Shown here: positions 9,803 through 21,482 of the stretch, piece after piece
Numbering within the stretch: the stretch's first letter is position 1
How the letters are laid out: the number at the start of each line of letters is the position of its first letter
NCBI GenBank assembly: GCA_040767225.1
Contig: JAXGOY010000004.1
Coordinates: 6,180 to 70,179 of the forward strand
Direction: 5' to 3'
DNA: 64,000 nucleotides
Origin: Candidatus Dojkabacteria bacterium
GTDB lineage: Bacteria > Patescibacteriota > Dojkabacteria > SC72
Notes under the pieces: generated by a model
The model's input: only the letters and a program-made list of their open reading frames with translations
Told to the model about the DNA's origin: nothing
The model's database searches: none
Translations under genes and position numbers: made by a program

Positions 9803-11317
9803 TTAAAAATTAGGATGAGGATTATCTCCTGTAAGTCTGCCTGGAAACTGTTTGTACTGGAGTGTAGGAATTAAGTTCCAATCAACATTAACATATTTAA
9901 CAGGGTCTGTATGTGTCGATGAAGAGAGCCCTTTTCTTGTTTCAAAATGTAGATGATACCCAAGAGGCTGGCAGTTTTTCATTCCGCTATTTCCGCTTAT
10001 ACCAATAACTTGACCTTTCTTTACTGAATTCCCTTTCTTTACTAAAAAAGAGTCTAAGTGAATATATGCAGAGTACATACCATTTGTATGCTTGACAATG
10101 ATATATCTTCCTCCTTGGTTGCACTCTCCCCCATATTTATCAAAACCAATGTCTGCAACAATACCATCTCCAACTGCAATTACATTATGTAACCTAGCCC
10201 CAAAATCAATTCCTTTGTGAGGACACTGATATTGAGTACACCCATGCCATTGAGTGACCCCTATAAGTTTACTTAGTGGAAAGGAAAAAGGTTTTACAGC
10301 AGCAGCTTTAACTGCAGTTGGTATAGTTATACTTTTTTGTGTTGTATATGCAAGATCAATCCATTCTTTGCTTTTAAATTGAGAATAGATACTAAAATAT
10401 ACTTTTACATCCTGCTTTGATATGTCATTTACAAAGGTACTTCTTGTCTGAAATTCTGAATCTGTGAAATTAAAATTAGTAAGAGTTCCTGCTTTGTTGT
10501 TAGCATATATTTTTCCAAAATATATTAAATTAATATCTCCTGTATATGTATCAGTAAGAACTTCTTTGCATTTATTCCATGTATTAATGTCTGTAATACT
10601 AAACTTCTTGCACTCATATATTTGTATTTCTGCTTTAATACTTTTGGGGTATTTTCCTTGTATTTCTAATGAGTAGTATTTATCCCAATCAATGTATTTA
10701 ATAGTTGATACCTCTATATCAATATCACAATCCCACTCCTTTATCTTTGTTTCTTCATTTTTAAGTACTGATATTTTACATGTATCACTGTTATCTATTT
10801 CTTGCTTTCTTTGTGTATCTTCTTTTTTAAATATGTCAGCTATTTTCTCTCTGAAATCAGGAATAGTGGGAAGCTGAAATTTAATTTGTTCTAATGTCTC
10901 TTGTGTATTTTCATTAGGTGTGTTTACCTCATCATCCTGTTCTATCTCATTTTCTGGTTCATTTTCTGGCTCATCTTCTATTGGGGGAGGGTTCTCAGGA
11001 CCGTCTTCACTTAAAATTCCTTCTTGCAGGTTAAGATAAAACTGACCTAAGTACCAGTAGCTATATATTTCTGGTGTATTTGGGTTATAGTACTTTATCC
11101 TTTGGTAATATTTTCCTGAGTGATAGAATACAGGGTCTATATGTGTTTTAGTTGTGGGTGGTAAAGTAAGGTAAAGCTTTGTTAGTTCCCAGTCTGTGTA
11201 TGATTCAAACTCATATACATATCCTTCTCCTTTACTTTCCCATGAGAAGTGTACACTCTTACTTTCCCAGACAGGTGTTAGTGCTAAAATGGTAGAGAGA
11301 AGTAACGGTACTATCAT
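9803..11317 (-). CDS. M23 family metallopeptidase (LytM-like) with signal peptide and acidic linker
   Basis: C-terminal M23 core HKGIDFGARLHNVIAVGDGIVADIG...GISGNSGM...GYHLHFE, N-terminal signal peptide, EDEPENEPENE acidic repeat. Confidence 0.85.
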   Translation of the reverse strand: MIVPLLLSTILALTPVWESKSVHFSWESKGEGYVYEFESYTDWELTKLYLTLPPTTKTHIDPVFYHSGKYYQRIKYYNPNTPEIYSYWYLGQFYLNLQEGILSEDGPENPPPIEDEPENEPENEIEQDDEVNTPNENTQETLEQIKFQLPTIPDFREKIADIFKKEDTQRKQEIDNSDTCKISVLKNEETKIKEWDCDIDIEVSTIKYIDWDKYYSLEIQGKYPKSIKAEIQIYECKKFSITDINTWNKCKEVLTDTYTGDINLIYFGKIYANNKAGTLTNFNFTDSEFQTRSTFVNDISKQDVKVYFSIYSQFKSKEWIDLAYTTQKSITIPTAVKAAAVKPFSFPLSKLIGVTQWHGCTQYQCPHKGIDFGARLHNVIAVGDGIVADIGFDKYGGECNQGGRYIIVKHTNGMYSAYIHLDSFLVKKGNSVKKGQVIGISGNSGMKNCQPLGYHLHFETRKGLSSSTHTDPVKYVNVDWNLIPTLQYKQFPGRLTGDNPHPNF

Positions 11318-11397
11318 TTTTAAATTGTATATATTAATGATTAAAAAATACTTAAATTACCTTGTATGAAATTAAATTACTGATATAATCAGAAGTT

Positions 11398-14337
11398 ATG
11401 ATAAAAATATTCGAAGGGCTGTTTGATTCTAATGAGAAACAAATAGCAAAAATTCAAAAAATAGTAGAACAGATAAATCTTTTAGAAAAGGATGTAAGCA
11501 GATTAAGTGATGATAAGCTTAGGGAAAAGACTGAGTATTTTAGAAAACAGATAGGGGTAAACTTGGATAGTGCAAGGCTGGATTTTAATAATTACAACAG
11601 GGAAGAGCTTAAAAAGATTTTAGATAGTGAAAAAGTAAGACTCAGGGAGATACTTCCTGAGGCATTTGCTGTTGTAAGAGAAGCATCTAAGAGGGTTGCT
11701 AATCATAGACATTTTGATGTTCAGCTTATGGCAGGTTATGTTTTGTTTGATAACAAGATTGCTGAGGTGTTTACTGGTGAAGGAAAAACTCTTGCTGCTA
11801 ACCTTCCTCTTTATCTTTATGCTTTAACTGGCAGGGGTGCTCATTTAGTTACTGTTAATGATTATCTTGCTAAAAGAGATGCTGAGTGGACAGGACATAT
11901 ACTTAATAGTCTGGGAATGACTACTTCTGCAATTAATTCTGGTACACAGTACAGGTTTATTTCTGACGAAGAAGCTATAAAGCTGAAAGGGGATGAGGCT
12001 AAGAAGTTAATTGATGAGAGAAACAGAAGGGTAAAGGAAGAGGGAAGACTTAAGTATGACCATATGAGTGGTGTTAATCTGATTGAGTGTACTAAAAAAG
12101 AGGCATATGCTTGTGATGTTGTATATGGTACTAACAATGAATTTGGTTTTGATTATCTTAGGGATAATATGGTTTCTGATTTAGATGACAGAGTGCAGGG
12201 ACCAAGATACTTTGCAATAGTTGATGAAGCAGACTCCATTCTCATTGATGAGGCAAGAACTCCTTTGATTATTTCTACAAGTGCTCAAGCATCAAATGAG
12301 ATGTATAGGCAGTTTGCGAATCTCGTAAATCAGCTTCAAAGGGAGAAGCATTACTCTGTTGATGAGAAATCTAACTCTGTGTCTTTGACTGATGAGGGTG
12401 TAGATTATGTAGAGAAACTTCTTAAGGTTAAGAATATATATGAAGATCCTCAAATTGCATATCATTTAGATAATGCACTTAAAGCAAAAGAGCTTTACAA
12501 AAGGGATGATGAGTATATGGTTAAGGATGGAGAGGTTTTAATTGTTGATGAATTTACAGGGAGAGTACTTCCTGGAAGAAGGTATAGTGAGGGATTGCAT
12601 CAGGCAATTGAAGCAAAAGAGGGTGTAGAGGTAAAGAGAGAGAGTAGAACTATGGCAACTATTACACTACAGAACTATTTTAGGCTTTACTTCTATCTTT
12701 CTGGTATGACAGGTACTGCACTTACTGAGGCTGAAGAGTTTGCATCAATATATGGGCTTGATACTATCGTTGTTCCTACAAACAAGCCTGTGGTAAGAAA
12801 AGATTACAATGATGTTGTATATAGAACTCAAATGGGTAAGTTTAAAGCTATTGTAGAGGATGTAAAGGAACATCATAAAAAGGGACAGCCTGTACTCGTA
12901 GGTACTACTTCTGTTGAGAAATCTGAAATTCTCTCTGATATGCTTTCTAAGGAGGGAATTAAGCATGAGGTACTAAATGCTAAATATCATGAGAAAGAGG
13001 CTAAAATCGTGGCTCAGGCAGGCCAGAAGGGTGCTGTAACTATTGCTACTAACATGGCAGGTAGAGGAACAGATATTGCACTTGGGCAGGGTGTCAGAGA
13101 GCTTGGTGGGCTGTATATAATTGGTTCTGAGAGGCATGAATCAAGAAGAATAGATAATCAGTTAAGAGGAAGGTCTGGAAGACAGGGAGATCCTGGTGAA
13201 TCTGTCTTTTATGTTTCATTTGAAGATGACCTTATGAGACTTTTTGGAGGTGATAGGATGCAGATGATTATGGCAAGTGTAGGGCTTGATGATAACACCC
13301 CTATATCCATGGGTATATTAGGTAGAACTATTGAGAATGCTCAAAAGAAGGTAGAATCTCATAACTATGATATTAGAAAACATCTTGTTGAATATGATGA
13401 TGTTCTTAATCAGCAGAGAAACATTATATATGATCTTAGAACAAAGGTTTTAGAAATATCAAAACAGCCGTATGTTGAAAGCAAGGTTGATTTAGAGAAG
13501 GATATTAAATATGTACTGTCTATAGATATTGATAGACTTCAAGATGAGCTTGATAGTTTTTCTCTTACTAGGAATGAAACTTGGGATATATCACTTCTTA
13601 ATGATTTAAAGTTTAAGCTTACTCCTCTTGATATATTCGTATTAAAGAAAATTCTAGAACATATTGATTTCCTTATATCTTCCCAGCTTGAGGATGATAT
13701 GAAGATAGATAATATTGAAGAAAGAAACTTGTATATTCAGATTAAAAATCTCATTACAGATGAGATATTTGAAAAAGCTACTAAAAGACTTAAGTTTAAG
13801 GATAGTGTTGAGTATTTTAGAGATTTGTACGGTAAAGATTCTGCACAGAGGGGTTCCCAATTGAAGAAGCTTGCTCTTGTTGCCTTTATTGAGCATATAT
13901 ATGGAATTGGTACACTTCCTATGAGAGAACTGTCTAAGGTTTTAATACTTCAGAGTATTGATAGATACTGGATGGAGCATTTGGATAATATGCAGGATTT
14001 AAGAGAGGGTATTTCTTTAAGAAATCTTGCACAGAGAGATCCGTTGGTAGAGTATAAAAATGAAGGATTTAGACTTTTTGATTCTATGTTAAGTAGTATT
14101 GATAATGACCTTGTAAATAGATTCTTTAAGGTAAGAGTTGTTAAAAGAGAAGATCAATTAAGAGCTCCTATTAGAGTACAGAAAGAGCAGGTAAAAAGTT
14201 TAAATGATAATAGGCCTGGGAATGTAGACAAACAGCAGACTGTAAAAAGGTCTCAGAAAAAAGTAGGAAGGAATGATCCATGTCCATGCGGAAGTGGAAA
14301 GAAATACAAGAAATGCTGTTATCCTAAATACGGCTAA
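11398..14337 (+). CDS. secA: Preprotein translocase ATPase SecA
   Basis: 979 aa; DEAD motor motifs MAGYVLF...[20 protein letters not shown] and GRGTDI; C-terminal Zn finger [13 protein letters not shown]. Confidence 0.97.
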   Translation: MIKIFEGLFDSNEKQIAKIQKIVEQINLLEKDVSRLSDDKLREKTEYFRKQIGVNLDSARLDFNNYNREELKKILDSEKVRLREILPEAFAVVREASKRVANHRHFDVQLMAGYVLFDNKIAEVFTGEGKTLAANLPLYLYALTGRGAHLVTVNDYLAKRDAEWTGHILNSLGMTTSAINSGTQYRFISDEEAIKLKGDEAKKLIDERNRRVKEEGRLKYDHMSGVNLIECTKKEAYACDVVYGTNNEFGFDYLRDNMVSDLDDRVQGPRYFAIVDEADSILIDEARTPLIISTSAQASNEMYRQFANLVNQLQREKHYSVDEKSNSVSLTDEGVDYVEKLLKVKNIYEDPQIAYHLDNALKAKELYKRDDEYMVKDGEVLIVDEFTGRVLPGRRYSEGLHQAIEAKEGVEVKRESRTMATITLQNYFRLYFYLSGMTGTALTEAEEFASIYGLDTIVVPTNKPVVRKDYNDVVYRTQMGKFKAIVEDVKEHHKKGQPVLVGTTSVEKSEILSDMLSKEGIKHEVLNAKYHEKEAKIVAQAGQKGAVTIATNMAGRGTDIALGQGVRELGGLYIIGSERHESRRIDNQLRGRSGRQGDPGESVFYVSFEDDLMRLFGGDRMQMIMASVGLDDNTPISMGILGRTIENAQKKVESHNYDIRKHLVEYDDVLNQQRNIIYDLRTKVLEISKQPYVESKVDLEKDIKYVLSIDIDRLQDELDSFSLTRNETWDISLLNDLKFKLTPLDIFVLKKILEHIDFLISSQLEDDMKIDNIEERNLYIQIKNLITDEIFEKATKRLKFKDSVEYFRDLYGKDSAQRGSQLKKLALVAFIEHIYGIGTLPMRELSKVLILQSIDRYWMEHLDNMQDLREGISLRNLAQRDPLVEYKNEGFRLFDSMLSSIDNDLVNRFFKVRVVKREDQLRAPIRVQKEQVKSLNDNRPGNVDKQQTVKRSQKKVGRNDPCPCGSGKKYKKCCYPKYG

Positions 14338-14459
14338 TCTAGTTAATATGCTGTTTTTAGCTGATTCGAACTTTTAAAGAATATGGGACATATATTATGG
14401 GTTTATTGACCTATATCTCCAAATTGTAATATCCTAGATTACAACAACTTATTATTACA

Positions 14460-14936
14460 ATGGCAAAAGAAGAAGAAATACAAAAGGTGGTTCCCCAAAG
14501 ACAGAGTGTACATGTAGTTTTCTTTTCATGTCCTAACTGCGGAGAAGAAGTAGATTATATACAATTCTGTCCTGACTGCGGTAAACCTATGAGAGTAATT
14601 GATGTCGTTGAGAAGTTTGGAGATGAAGCTGAGCAGTTTATTAAAAAAGTAGAAGATAGACTTGCGCAGGAGAAGATTGCTAATGGAAAAGAAGAAGATG
14701 ATTTAATAGATATTATTGATCAACCTGAATCTACCACAATTATTCTTGATGAGCAGGAGAATGATAGTAATGAGATTGATACCTTAGAAGACATATTCCC
14801 TGATGATGATTCTGATATTGATGTAAAGATTGAAGCAGTAGATGATTTAGATGATATTGTTGCAGAACTTGATAAGGAAGAAGATGATGATTTCCCAATA
14901 GATGACTTTGGTGATGGCGGTCTTCCAGAACTTTAA
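14460..14936 (+). CDS. Zinc-ribbon protein with highly acidic C-terminal tail
   Basis: CPNCGEEVDYIQFCPDCGKPM (CxxC-x10-CxxC), then a D/E-rich tail. Confidence 0.55.
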   Translation: MAKEEEIQKVVPQRQSVHVVFFSCPNCGEEVDYIQFCPDCGKPMRVIDVVEKFGDEAEQFIKKVEDRLAQEKIANGKEEDDLIDIIDQPESTTIILDEQENDSNEIDTLEDIFPDDDSDIDVKIEAVDDLDDIVAELDKEEDDDFPIDDFGDGGLPEL

Positions 14937-15016
14937 TATTCATTAAAGTATATTTCTCTTAAAATTATTAAAAATAATAGGTATAATAGGGAGATTTTAA
15001 TATTTCTTAATTAAAT

Positions 15017-16192
15017 ATGCCTAAGGTACAAAATTATAATATTGCAGTAGTAGCAGATCCACTTTACAAAAAGGGAGGGGCAGAAGTTCATCTTAAATAT
15101 ATACTTGATACATTTGATAACAAAACACTTTTCACAGCTTTTTGTGATAAAGAATTTGTTAAAAGAGAGTTTCCTAATGTAGTAGTTAAAACCTCTTTTA
15201 TGCAATATTTCCCATGGAAATTTAAGTTAAAGCATTTTTACAATTTGTTTTTACCTTTAGCATATAGATCTTTTAGATTTAATGGATATGATGCAATAGT
15301 ATCATTATCAATATCATTTGCTAAGTTTGCTCATGGGAGTATACCTCATATAAATATATGCATGTCTCCTCCTAAGTTTTTATGGGACAAAGAAAAGAGA
15401 AGCATTAAAAGTAGTGAGCAGCTTAAGGGAGTAAATAAGTTCTTGTTTAAGATATACTCTCTTTTTGAGAATACCTTTATTGAAGATAAATGGAGAGATA
15501 AAGATAAAAGAGCTGCACAAAGAGTTGATAGAATGATTGCAATATCTAATGCAGTTAAAGAAAGAATTAAGAAATACTATGATATAGAGGCAGATGTAAT
15601 ATATCCTCCTGTTGATGTAACAGGAATTGAAAAAGCAAGCAGGGGGTATCGTAAAGAGAACTGGTTTTTGTATTTAGGGAGGGTTGAAACTTACAAGGGT
15701 GTAGAGCTTGCAATTAGGGCAGCATATTCTGCTAAAGTACCACTTAAAATTGGTGGTATAGGTGATGATTTAGATAGAATGAAGAATCTTGTAAGAGATT
15801 TAAATGCTAAGGGATTAGTAAAGTTTTTAGGATATTTCTCTGATGAAGAAAAGCCTGTTCTACTTGCAAAAGCAAAATCTTTAATATTTCCTGTTAAAGG
15901 GGAAGATTTTGGAATAATACCTGTTGAAGCTAATGCTGCAGGTACTCCTGTAATAGCATACAGGGATGGTGGTGTAGTTGAGACTATTTCTGATACAAAT
16001 CCTAAAACGGGGATATTTTTTGATAAATATAAATACAAGTCATTAGCAAAAGTATTAAAGAAGTTTGATGAAAAAGAGTTTAAGCCTGATAACTGCAGAA
16101 AACAGGCAGAACAGTTTGCATCTGAGATATTCCAGTACAAATTAAGAACATATGTTGAAGACGTACTAAAGGAGAGACAAAATAATGGCTAA
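15017..16192 (+). CDS. Glycosyltransferase family 1
   Basis: GEDFGIIPVEANAAGTPVIAYRDGGVVETI GT1 motif. Confidence 0.8.
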   Translation: MPKVQNYNIAVVADPLYKKGGAEVHLKYILDTFDNKTLFTAFCDKEFVKREFPNVVVKTSFMQYFPWKFKLKHFYNLFLPLAYRSFRFNGYDAIVSLSISFAKFAHGSIPHINICMSPPKFLWDKEKRSIKSSEQLKGVNKFLFKIYSLFENTFIEDKWRDKDKRAAQRVDRMIAISNAVKERIKKYYDIEADVIYPPVDVTGIEKASRGYRKENWFLYLGRVETYKGVELAIRAAYSAKVPLKIGGIGDDLDRMKNLVRDLNAKGLVKFLGYFSDEEKPVLLAKAKSLIFPVKGEDFGIIPVEANAAGTPVIAYRDGGVVETISDTNPKTGIFFDKYKYKSLAKVLKKFDEKEFKPDNCRKQAEQFASEIFQYKLRTYVEDVLKERQNNG

Positions 16193-16802
16193 AGATACTG
16201 TTATAGTCTTAAAATCTGTAAACTATTCTGAAGCAGATAAGGTGCTTACTGTACTTGGAAAGTATACAGGAAAGTTTTCTTTATTTGCTAAGGGTATAAG
16301 GAAGATTAATAGTAAGAACAGAGGTAATATGCAGACATTAAGTATTTCGGATATTTCTTTTTATGAAGGTAGAGGACTTCCAGTTTTAACAGAGTCTCAA
16401 CTAATATTTTCCTCTGATATAGATGTTGTAAAAGATAGAATAGGAGATATTAAAAGAATATTGGATATGATTAGTAAAATAATGCAGGAGGGTGACCCAA
16501 ATGTAAAAATTTTTAATATGCTTGAGAGCCTTTGTAAAAAGAACTTTGATATTGAGAGTGTTAATAGGTTTAGGCTACTGTTTTTAAAAGAGATGGGATA
16601 TTTAAGTGATTTTACTGTTTGTAGTGTATGCGGAAGTAAAGAGAATCTAGAGTATCTTGACACTAGTAGCTTTGCTCTTCTGTGTAAAAACTGCTACAGT
16701 AAAAGAGGAAGTGGTATTAAGATAGGGGGTGATATATATAAGAGCAGGGAGTTTAGCACAGCTTTGGATGTATATATAAAGAAAATTATTGAAGAAAATT
16801 AG
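16185..16802 (+). CDS. recO: DNA repair protein RecO
   Basis: N-terminal OB-fold VLKSVNYSEADKVLTVLGKYTGKFSLFAKGIRK; C-terminal zinc motif CSVCGS...CKNC; about 200 aa. Confidence 0.75.
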   Translation: MAKDTVIVLKSVNYSEADKVLTVLGKYTGKFSLFAKGIRKINSKNRGNMQTLSISDISFYEGRGLPVLTESQLIFSSDIDVVKDRIGDIKRILDMISKIMQEGDPNVKIFNMLESLCKKNFDIESVNRFRLLFLKEMGYLSDFTVCSVCGSKENLEYLDTSSFALLCKNCYSKRGSGIKIGGDIYKSREFSTALDVYIKKIIEEN

Positions 16803-17126
16803 ATATGAGATTTAAAACTGCCTTTGTAAAAATTTTAACTTTTTTCCTGCTATCTTTTTCTTTCTTTTAGTTATAGGAAATGTTAATGCACAAAGGCAAA
16901 CACACTTCCTGTTACTGTTAATGGGCAGATAACTGCTGATATATATTCTACTTTAAATATTAATCCTGTTACTGTAGAGATTTATCAGCCAAGTACAGTT
17001 ACAGTTAGAATACTATCTTCATCAGGAGTAGGTATACAAGGTAGAACTGTTGTTATAGTTTCTCCAACTCTAGTTATTACTCAGCCGACTTTACCTACTG
17101 ATTCTTCTGGTAGAGCAACAGGCTGG

Positions 17127-18881
17127 GTGTATTCAACAAATCCTGGTACATTCACTGTGAGTGCCTTGGATACTACATTGGGTTTTAATATTGAAATTCA
17201 AAATACTAAAACACTTTATGTTGTTCCTGTTCCTGTACCTATACTTCTTCCTGAGCCTTACTATACAAAGGGTACTGTAAATACTGTTGTTTGGAGTAAT
17301 GTGGGGTCCCAGTATGCTTACTATGCTGAGGTAGCACTTGATCCTGACTTTAATAATGTAGTTGGTAATTCTGAATGGATTAATTCTACATCATATGAAT
17401 TTACCAATCTTGAGAATGAAAAGATGTACTTTTATCGTGTTAAGGCAAGAAATCAATGGGGAGGAGAAAGTGCATGGTCAAGCTCTGTATTTAGTGTACA
17501 AGATGCCTTAGTCCCTGAGATTAAAACAATTGATATTGGGGGAGTTGGTGAGAATAACACAGTTGATTGGGATACAAACTTTACTGTTGAGATGCTTTTT
17601 TCAGTAAGAGATAACCTTCAGCTTAACAGTGCAGTATTTATGTGTCTTGACTCTAGAGGTCATACATATCATTGTACTTCGGATTATCATATGGAGGGAG
17701 ATCTTCTCATTGTTAAAGTTAAACTTGGGAATCTGGAGAGAGTATCAGGGGTTTATCTAAGAGACAGCTATGAATTTTGTGTTGAAGCAAGTGATGCTGC
17801 TGGCAATATTAGAAGGGTATGCGGTATAGAATTAAAAATACCTCATGAGCAGGAAGAAATTACAGAGCCTACAATTATTGATAGAGTAGATAAGGTAGTA
17901 GAGGATATAACGAATAATCTTGATGAGACAATAGGACAACTGCCTTCTGGTAATCTTACTGCTATCACTGCTACAACAAGTATTGTTACCTCTTTAATAG
18001 CATTCTTGCTTGCATTTGGGAGTCTGCTTAATCTTCCGTTTGCTTTTGTTCAATTCTTTATACATCTTCTCTCATGGCTTGGTTTTAGAAAAGGTGCAAA
18101 ACCTCTAGGATATGTATATGATTCTCTTACAAAGGATCCAATACCTCAAGCAATTATTAGAGTATACAGTGAAGATGGAAGAATGGTGTGGACAGATGTT
18201 ACTGATTCTAAAGGGTATTTTTCAGCAAAACTTAGTGGTGGAAGGTATAAAATTGTTGTTACTGCACAAGGGTATATTTTTCCTTCTTCAATTGTTTTTG
18301 GTAAAGATGATTATCCTCTAAAAGATGTATATCATGGAGAATATTTTGAGGTTAAGGAGAATGAGGAGTTTAACTTTTCTATTCCACTAGATCCTCGGGA
18401 TGTTTCTAAGTTTAAAGCATGGGAAGAAATTTTAAAGGGAAGGATAAGAGTATTTTTAAATATTTTAAATATTTTCCTTTTTATAGTTGGTTTAATATTT
18501 GCAATATATGCATTTTCTAAAGATCCATACTGGCTTACACTTTTAATACTTCTTCTTTATATTCCCTCATTGATTTTAATGATGAGAGGAACTTTTAAGA
18601 AGAGAAGTAAATATGGTGTAGTTAAAGATACAGATGGGAATGCTGTAAGTAGTGTTGTGATTGGTTTAAGAGAGCTTGAGTTTGATAGGATTGTACTTAA
18701 GAGGGTAACTGATAATATGGGTAGGTATAGAATGCTTGCAGAGAGTGGAAGGTACAGGTTGGAGGTTCTGGATACTAATTACAAGGTTGTAGAGATTGAG
18801 GGTGATAGTGAGATACTGGTTGATAAAGATGAGGAGTGGATCACAAAGAATATTGTTGTTTCAAAGATTGGTAAGGTTTAA
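17127..18881 (+). CDS. Large surface protein with FN3-like and carboxypeptidase-regulatory-like domains and internal TM helices; N-terminus disrupted
   Basis: FN3-like YFYRVKARNQWGGESAWSS; CarboxypepD_reg-like GYVYDSLTKDPIPQAIIRVYSEDGRMVWTDVTDSKGYF...VTAQGY. The frame is open with no start codon back to 16887. A 21 aa signal peptide (MRFKTAFVKILTFFLLSFSFF, 16805-16867) lies upstream in another frame, so the gene probably spans 16805-18881 with two frameshifts. Confidence 0.7.
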   Translation: MYSTNPGTFTVSALDTTLGFNIEIQNTKTLYVVPVPVPILLPEPYYTKGTVNTVVWSNVGSQYAYYAEVALDPDFNNVVGNSEWINSTSYEFTNLENEKMYFYRVKARNQWGGESAWSSSVFSVQDALVPEIKTIDIGGVGENNTVDWDTNFTVEMLFSVRDNLQLNSAVFMCLDSRGHTYHCTSDYHMEGDLLIVKVKLGNLERVSGVYLRDSYEFCVEASDAAGNIRRVCGIELKIPHEQEEITEPTIIDRVDKVVEDITNNLDETIGQLPSGNLTAITATTSIVTSLIAFLLAFGSLLNLPFAFVQFFIHLLSWLGFRKGAKPLGYVYDSLTKDPIPQAIIRVYSEDGRMVWTDVTDSKGYFSAKLSGGRYKIVVTAQGYIFPSSIVFGKDDYPLKDVYHGEYFEVKENEEFNFSIPLDPRDVSKFKAWEEILKGRIRVFLNILNIFLFIVGLIFAIYAFSKDPYWLTLLILLLYIPSLILMMRGTFKKRSKYGVVKDTDGNAVSSVVIGLRELEFDRIVLKRVTDNMGRYRMLAESGRYRLEVLDTNYKVVEIEGDSEILVDKDEEWITKNIVVSKIGKV

Positions 18882-18929
18882 TGTATTGAAAAAAGTACAT
18901 TTCACTGGTATTATTCATTGTTTATTTAT

Positions 18930-19002
18930 GGGTGTATGGCTCAATTGGTAGAGCAAACGGCTCTTAACCGTTAGGTTCAGGGTTCGAGCCCCTGTACACC
19001 CA
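18930..19002 (+). tRNA. tRNA-Lys (anticodon CTT)
   Basis: 73 nt cloverleaf folded by hand: acceptor GGGTGTA/TACACCC, D-arm GCTC-AATTGGTA-GAGC, anticodon stem AACGG/CCGTT with loop CTCTTAA (CTT), T-arm CAGGG-TTCGAGC-CCCTG, discriminator A. No encoded CCA. Confidence 0.9.
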
Positions 19003-19072
19003 TTCTTGTTTCTATTTCTCCATATGTGTTTTATAATAGATATGTATTAATATATTATGTATAAATATATAC

Positions 19073-20563
19073 ATGAAGAAACAGGAGCTGAATAAAATAA
19101 TAAGTATATTCTCTATATCTGTTTTACTAGGTATTCTTTTTGATTATTTCTTTTATGATAAAGGTCTTGGTATTGCTTTTCCTCTTTACATATTATTAAT
19201 AGTATTTGGTCTTTTTGGTATATCATATGTGTATAAAAAGAAAATTAAAAAAGATGCACTCTTACTTTTAATACCCCTGTTTTTCTTTAGTGTTATGACT
19301 GCTGTTCGTTCAAGTGAACTGCTTACTTTCTTAAATGTTGTTGCTTGTATATATCTTTTACTGTTAATTGCCGATTTATGTTTTGATAAAAAGATAAGTA
19401 ATTACTTAATCAGAGATTATATAGTTGTACCGTTTACTCCCTTTAAGTTTGTTACTCCTTTTTTCAAAAGTGTTTCAGAGTTATCCTCTTTGAAAAAGGA
19501 GAGTAAAGATAAAAAGGTGTCATCTCAGATTGTAAGAGGCATATTAATTTCTATTCCTTTCTTGATTATTTTCATACTTCTTTTTTCCTCTGCAGATTTA
19601 GTATTTCAGAAATATATGTCTGATTTAGTAAATATAAATGTAGAGGGAGAAACTATTGTTAGGATATTACTTGTTTTGCTGGTATCTTGTGCATTTGTTG
19701 GTGCATACTCATATATTTTTAATGTTAAGAAAGAGGTAATTGGTAGTAAAGAGAGAAAATTAAGGATTGGGAGTATAGAGAGTTATATTCTTCTTGGCTC
19801 TGTTAATCTGTTATTTCTCATTTTTATATCTGTTCAAATTACTTATCTTTTTGGTGGACAGAGTAATATATCTTCTTTAGGTTTTACATATGCACAGTAT
19901 GCAAGAAGAGGCTTCTTTGAATTAATTGGTGTTGCTGTTATATCTTTCTTTCTTCTTTTTGGGCTTGATAGGTATATACACAGAGAGAAGGGTAGTAGTT
20001 TAAGAATATTTAAGATATTAAGTTCTTTATTAGTTGTAGAGGTAATTGTAATAATGGTATCTGCATTTATGCGTCTTTTGCTTTATGAAGATGCATATGG
20101 TTTTACTACTTTGAGGTTGTATAGTCATGTTTTTATTATCTTTCTTACCGTTGTTTTTGGTTTGCTTATTTACAAAGTATTAAAGAATGGGAAAGAGAGT
20201 AATTTTAGTTTAGGAGTGTTTCTTTCCGCTATTCTTTTTCTTGTTGGAATGAATATATTAAATCCTGATGCTTTTATTGCACAGAAGAATATACAGAGGT
20301 TTAATAATGGAAAAAAGCTTGATGTTTACTACTTAACTACTTTATCTGATGATGCTTTGCCTGTTACGGTTAAGATGTTAGATATATCTGATGAGAGTGT
20401 AAAGGGAGAGTTTGCATATTATATGTACTGGAGAGTACAAGGAAAGGGTTCTTCAAATAACTGGCAGTCTTTCAATGTTTCTCACAGGAGAGCAAAAGAG
20501 ATAATTGCTCCTAAAATGGAGGTGCTGGAAGGGTATAAGGAATATATAGAGGAGTTTGAGTAG
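19073..20563 (+). CDS. Polytopic integral membrane protein of unknown function
   Basis: 496 aa, at least 10 predicted TM helices. Confidence 0.6.
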   Translation: MKKQELNKIISIFSISVLLGILFDYFFYDKGLGIAFPLYILLIVFGLFGISYVYKKKIKKDALLLLIPLFFFSVMTAVRSSELLTFLNVVACIYLLLLIADLCFDKKISNYLIRDYIVVPFTPFKFVTPFFKSVSELSSLKKESKDKKVSSQIVRGILISIPFLIIFILLFSSADLVFQKYMSDLVNINVEGETIVRILLVLLVSCAFVGAYSYIFNVKKEVIGSKERKLRIGSIESYILLGSVNLLFLIFISVQITYLFGGQSNISSLGFTYAQYARRGFFELIGVAVISFFLLFGLDRYIHREKGSSLRIFKILSSLLVVEVIVIMVSAFMRLLLYEDAYGFTTLRLYSHVFIIFLTVVFGLLIYKVLKNGKESNFSLGVFLSAILFLVGMNILNPDAFIAQKNIQRFNNGKKLDVYYLTTLSDDALPVTVKMLDISDESVKGEFAYYMYWRVQGKGSSNNWQSFNVSHRRAKEIIAPKMEVLEGYKEYIEEFE

Positions 20564-21053
20564 AATTAAGTTAATTTGGACTACCATGATATCAAGGGAA
20601 GATTTAAAGAAGCTATTAAGAGAGTTTAACGAGAAGGGGTATTCAGATCCTAATTCTAAGTATATTGATAATGGTAAAAATGGAAAGGTACTTAAGCTTA
20701 ATATTGGGGAATATTCATATGAAGATGAATACTATGGAGGGGAGCCATATTGTGGGAATGAAACGATATGGGAGAAAGGGATAGATATATTTAGATGTGT
20801 ATACTGGGGTAAGGTTGTAGATGGTGTTGATTTTGGTAGCATATATGGTTTCTTAAGAGAAGCTTTATCTAAAGGTCCTGATGGTGAATTGGTACATAGG
20901 GGTCCTACTGAATATACTAATGGAGATTTTAGATATACAAATGAAATAGTGGGAGATATATTTGAATTTAGGCAAGTTGAAAGAATATATTTAAATGATA
21001 CTGAGGTATATACTGCATATTTTATAGGGGGTAGGATAAATGTAAGGAAATAG
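20556..21053 (+). CDS. Hypothetical protein
   Basis: 165 aa ORF overlapping the upstream stop. Confidence 0.5.
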   Translation: MSRIKLIWTTMISREDLKKLLREFNEKGYSDPNSKYIDNGKNGKVLKLNIGEYSYEDEYYGGEPYCGNETIWEKGIDIFRCVYWGKVVDGVDFGSIYGFLREALSKGPDGELVHRGPTEYTNGDFRYTNEIVGDIFEFRQVERIYLNDTEVYTAYFIGGRINVRK

Positions 21054-21137
21054 CTATTATTAAAAGATTTTGTTGATATATTGTATAATACATATGTTCC
21101 CTGCACTTGAAAAATAGAAGAATAAAGGAGAAAAAAT

Positions 21138-21341
21138 ATGCCGTTAAATGTCGGTTTAATATTAGTAGGTATGTTTTTGCTTATTGTGATTGTTCTTTTG
21201 GACAGATTAATGAATGTAAAGAACATTCAAAGTAAGATTTCAGAAGGGGTTTATATGTTTATAGTCCAATTGGAAATGAGTATTTGTGCTTTTGCTCTTT
21301 TGATGACAGCAGTGGGGATAATATGGTTAATAATAGAATAA
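21138..21341 (+). CDS. Small two-helix membrane protein
   Basis: 67 aa with a strong Shine-Dalgarno AAGGAG 8 nt upstream. Confidence 0.45.
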   Translation: MPLNVGLILVGMFLLIVIVLLDRLMNVKNIQSKISEGVYMFIVQLEMSICAFALLMTAVGIIWLIIE

Positions 21342-21482
21342 ATAAGTGCAGGAGAAGCCTAGAATTAGGAATATATATGAGCTTTTGCTCTTTATCCTTA
21401 ATATTTCTAGGCTTTTTTCATAATTATTGGGTGTCAGATTTCATATCTTCTGTTGAGCAGGTTAATACTCCAGAGGAAATTC

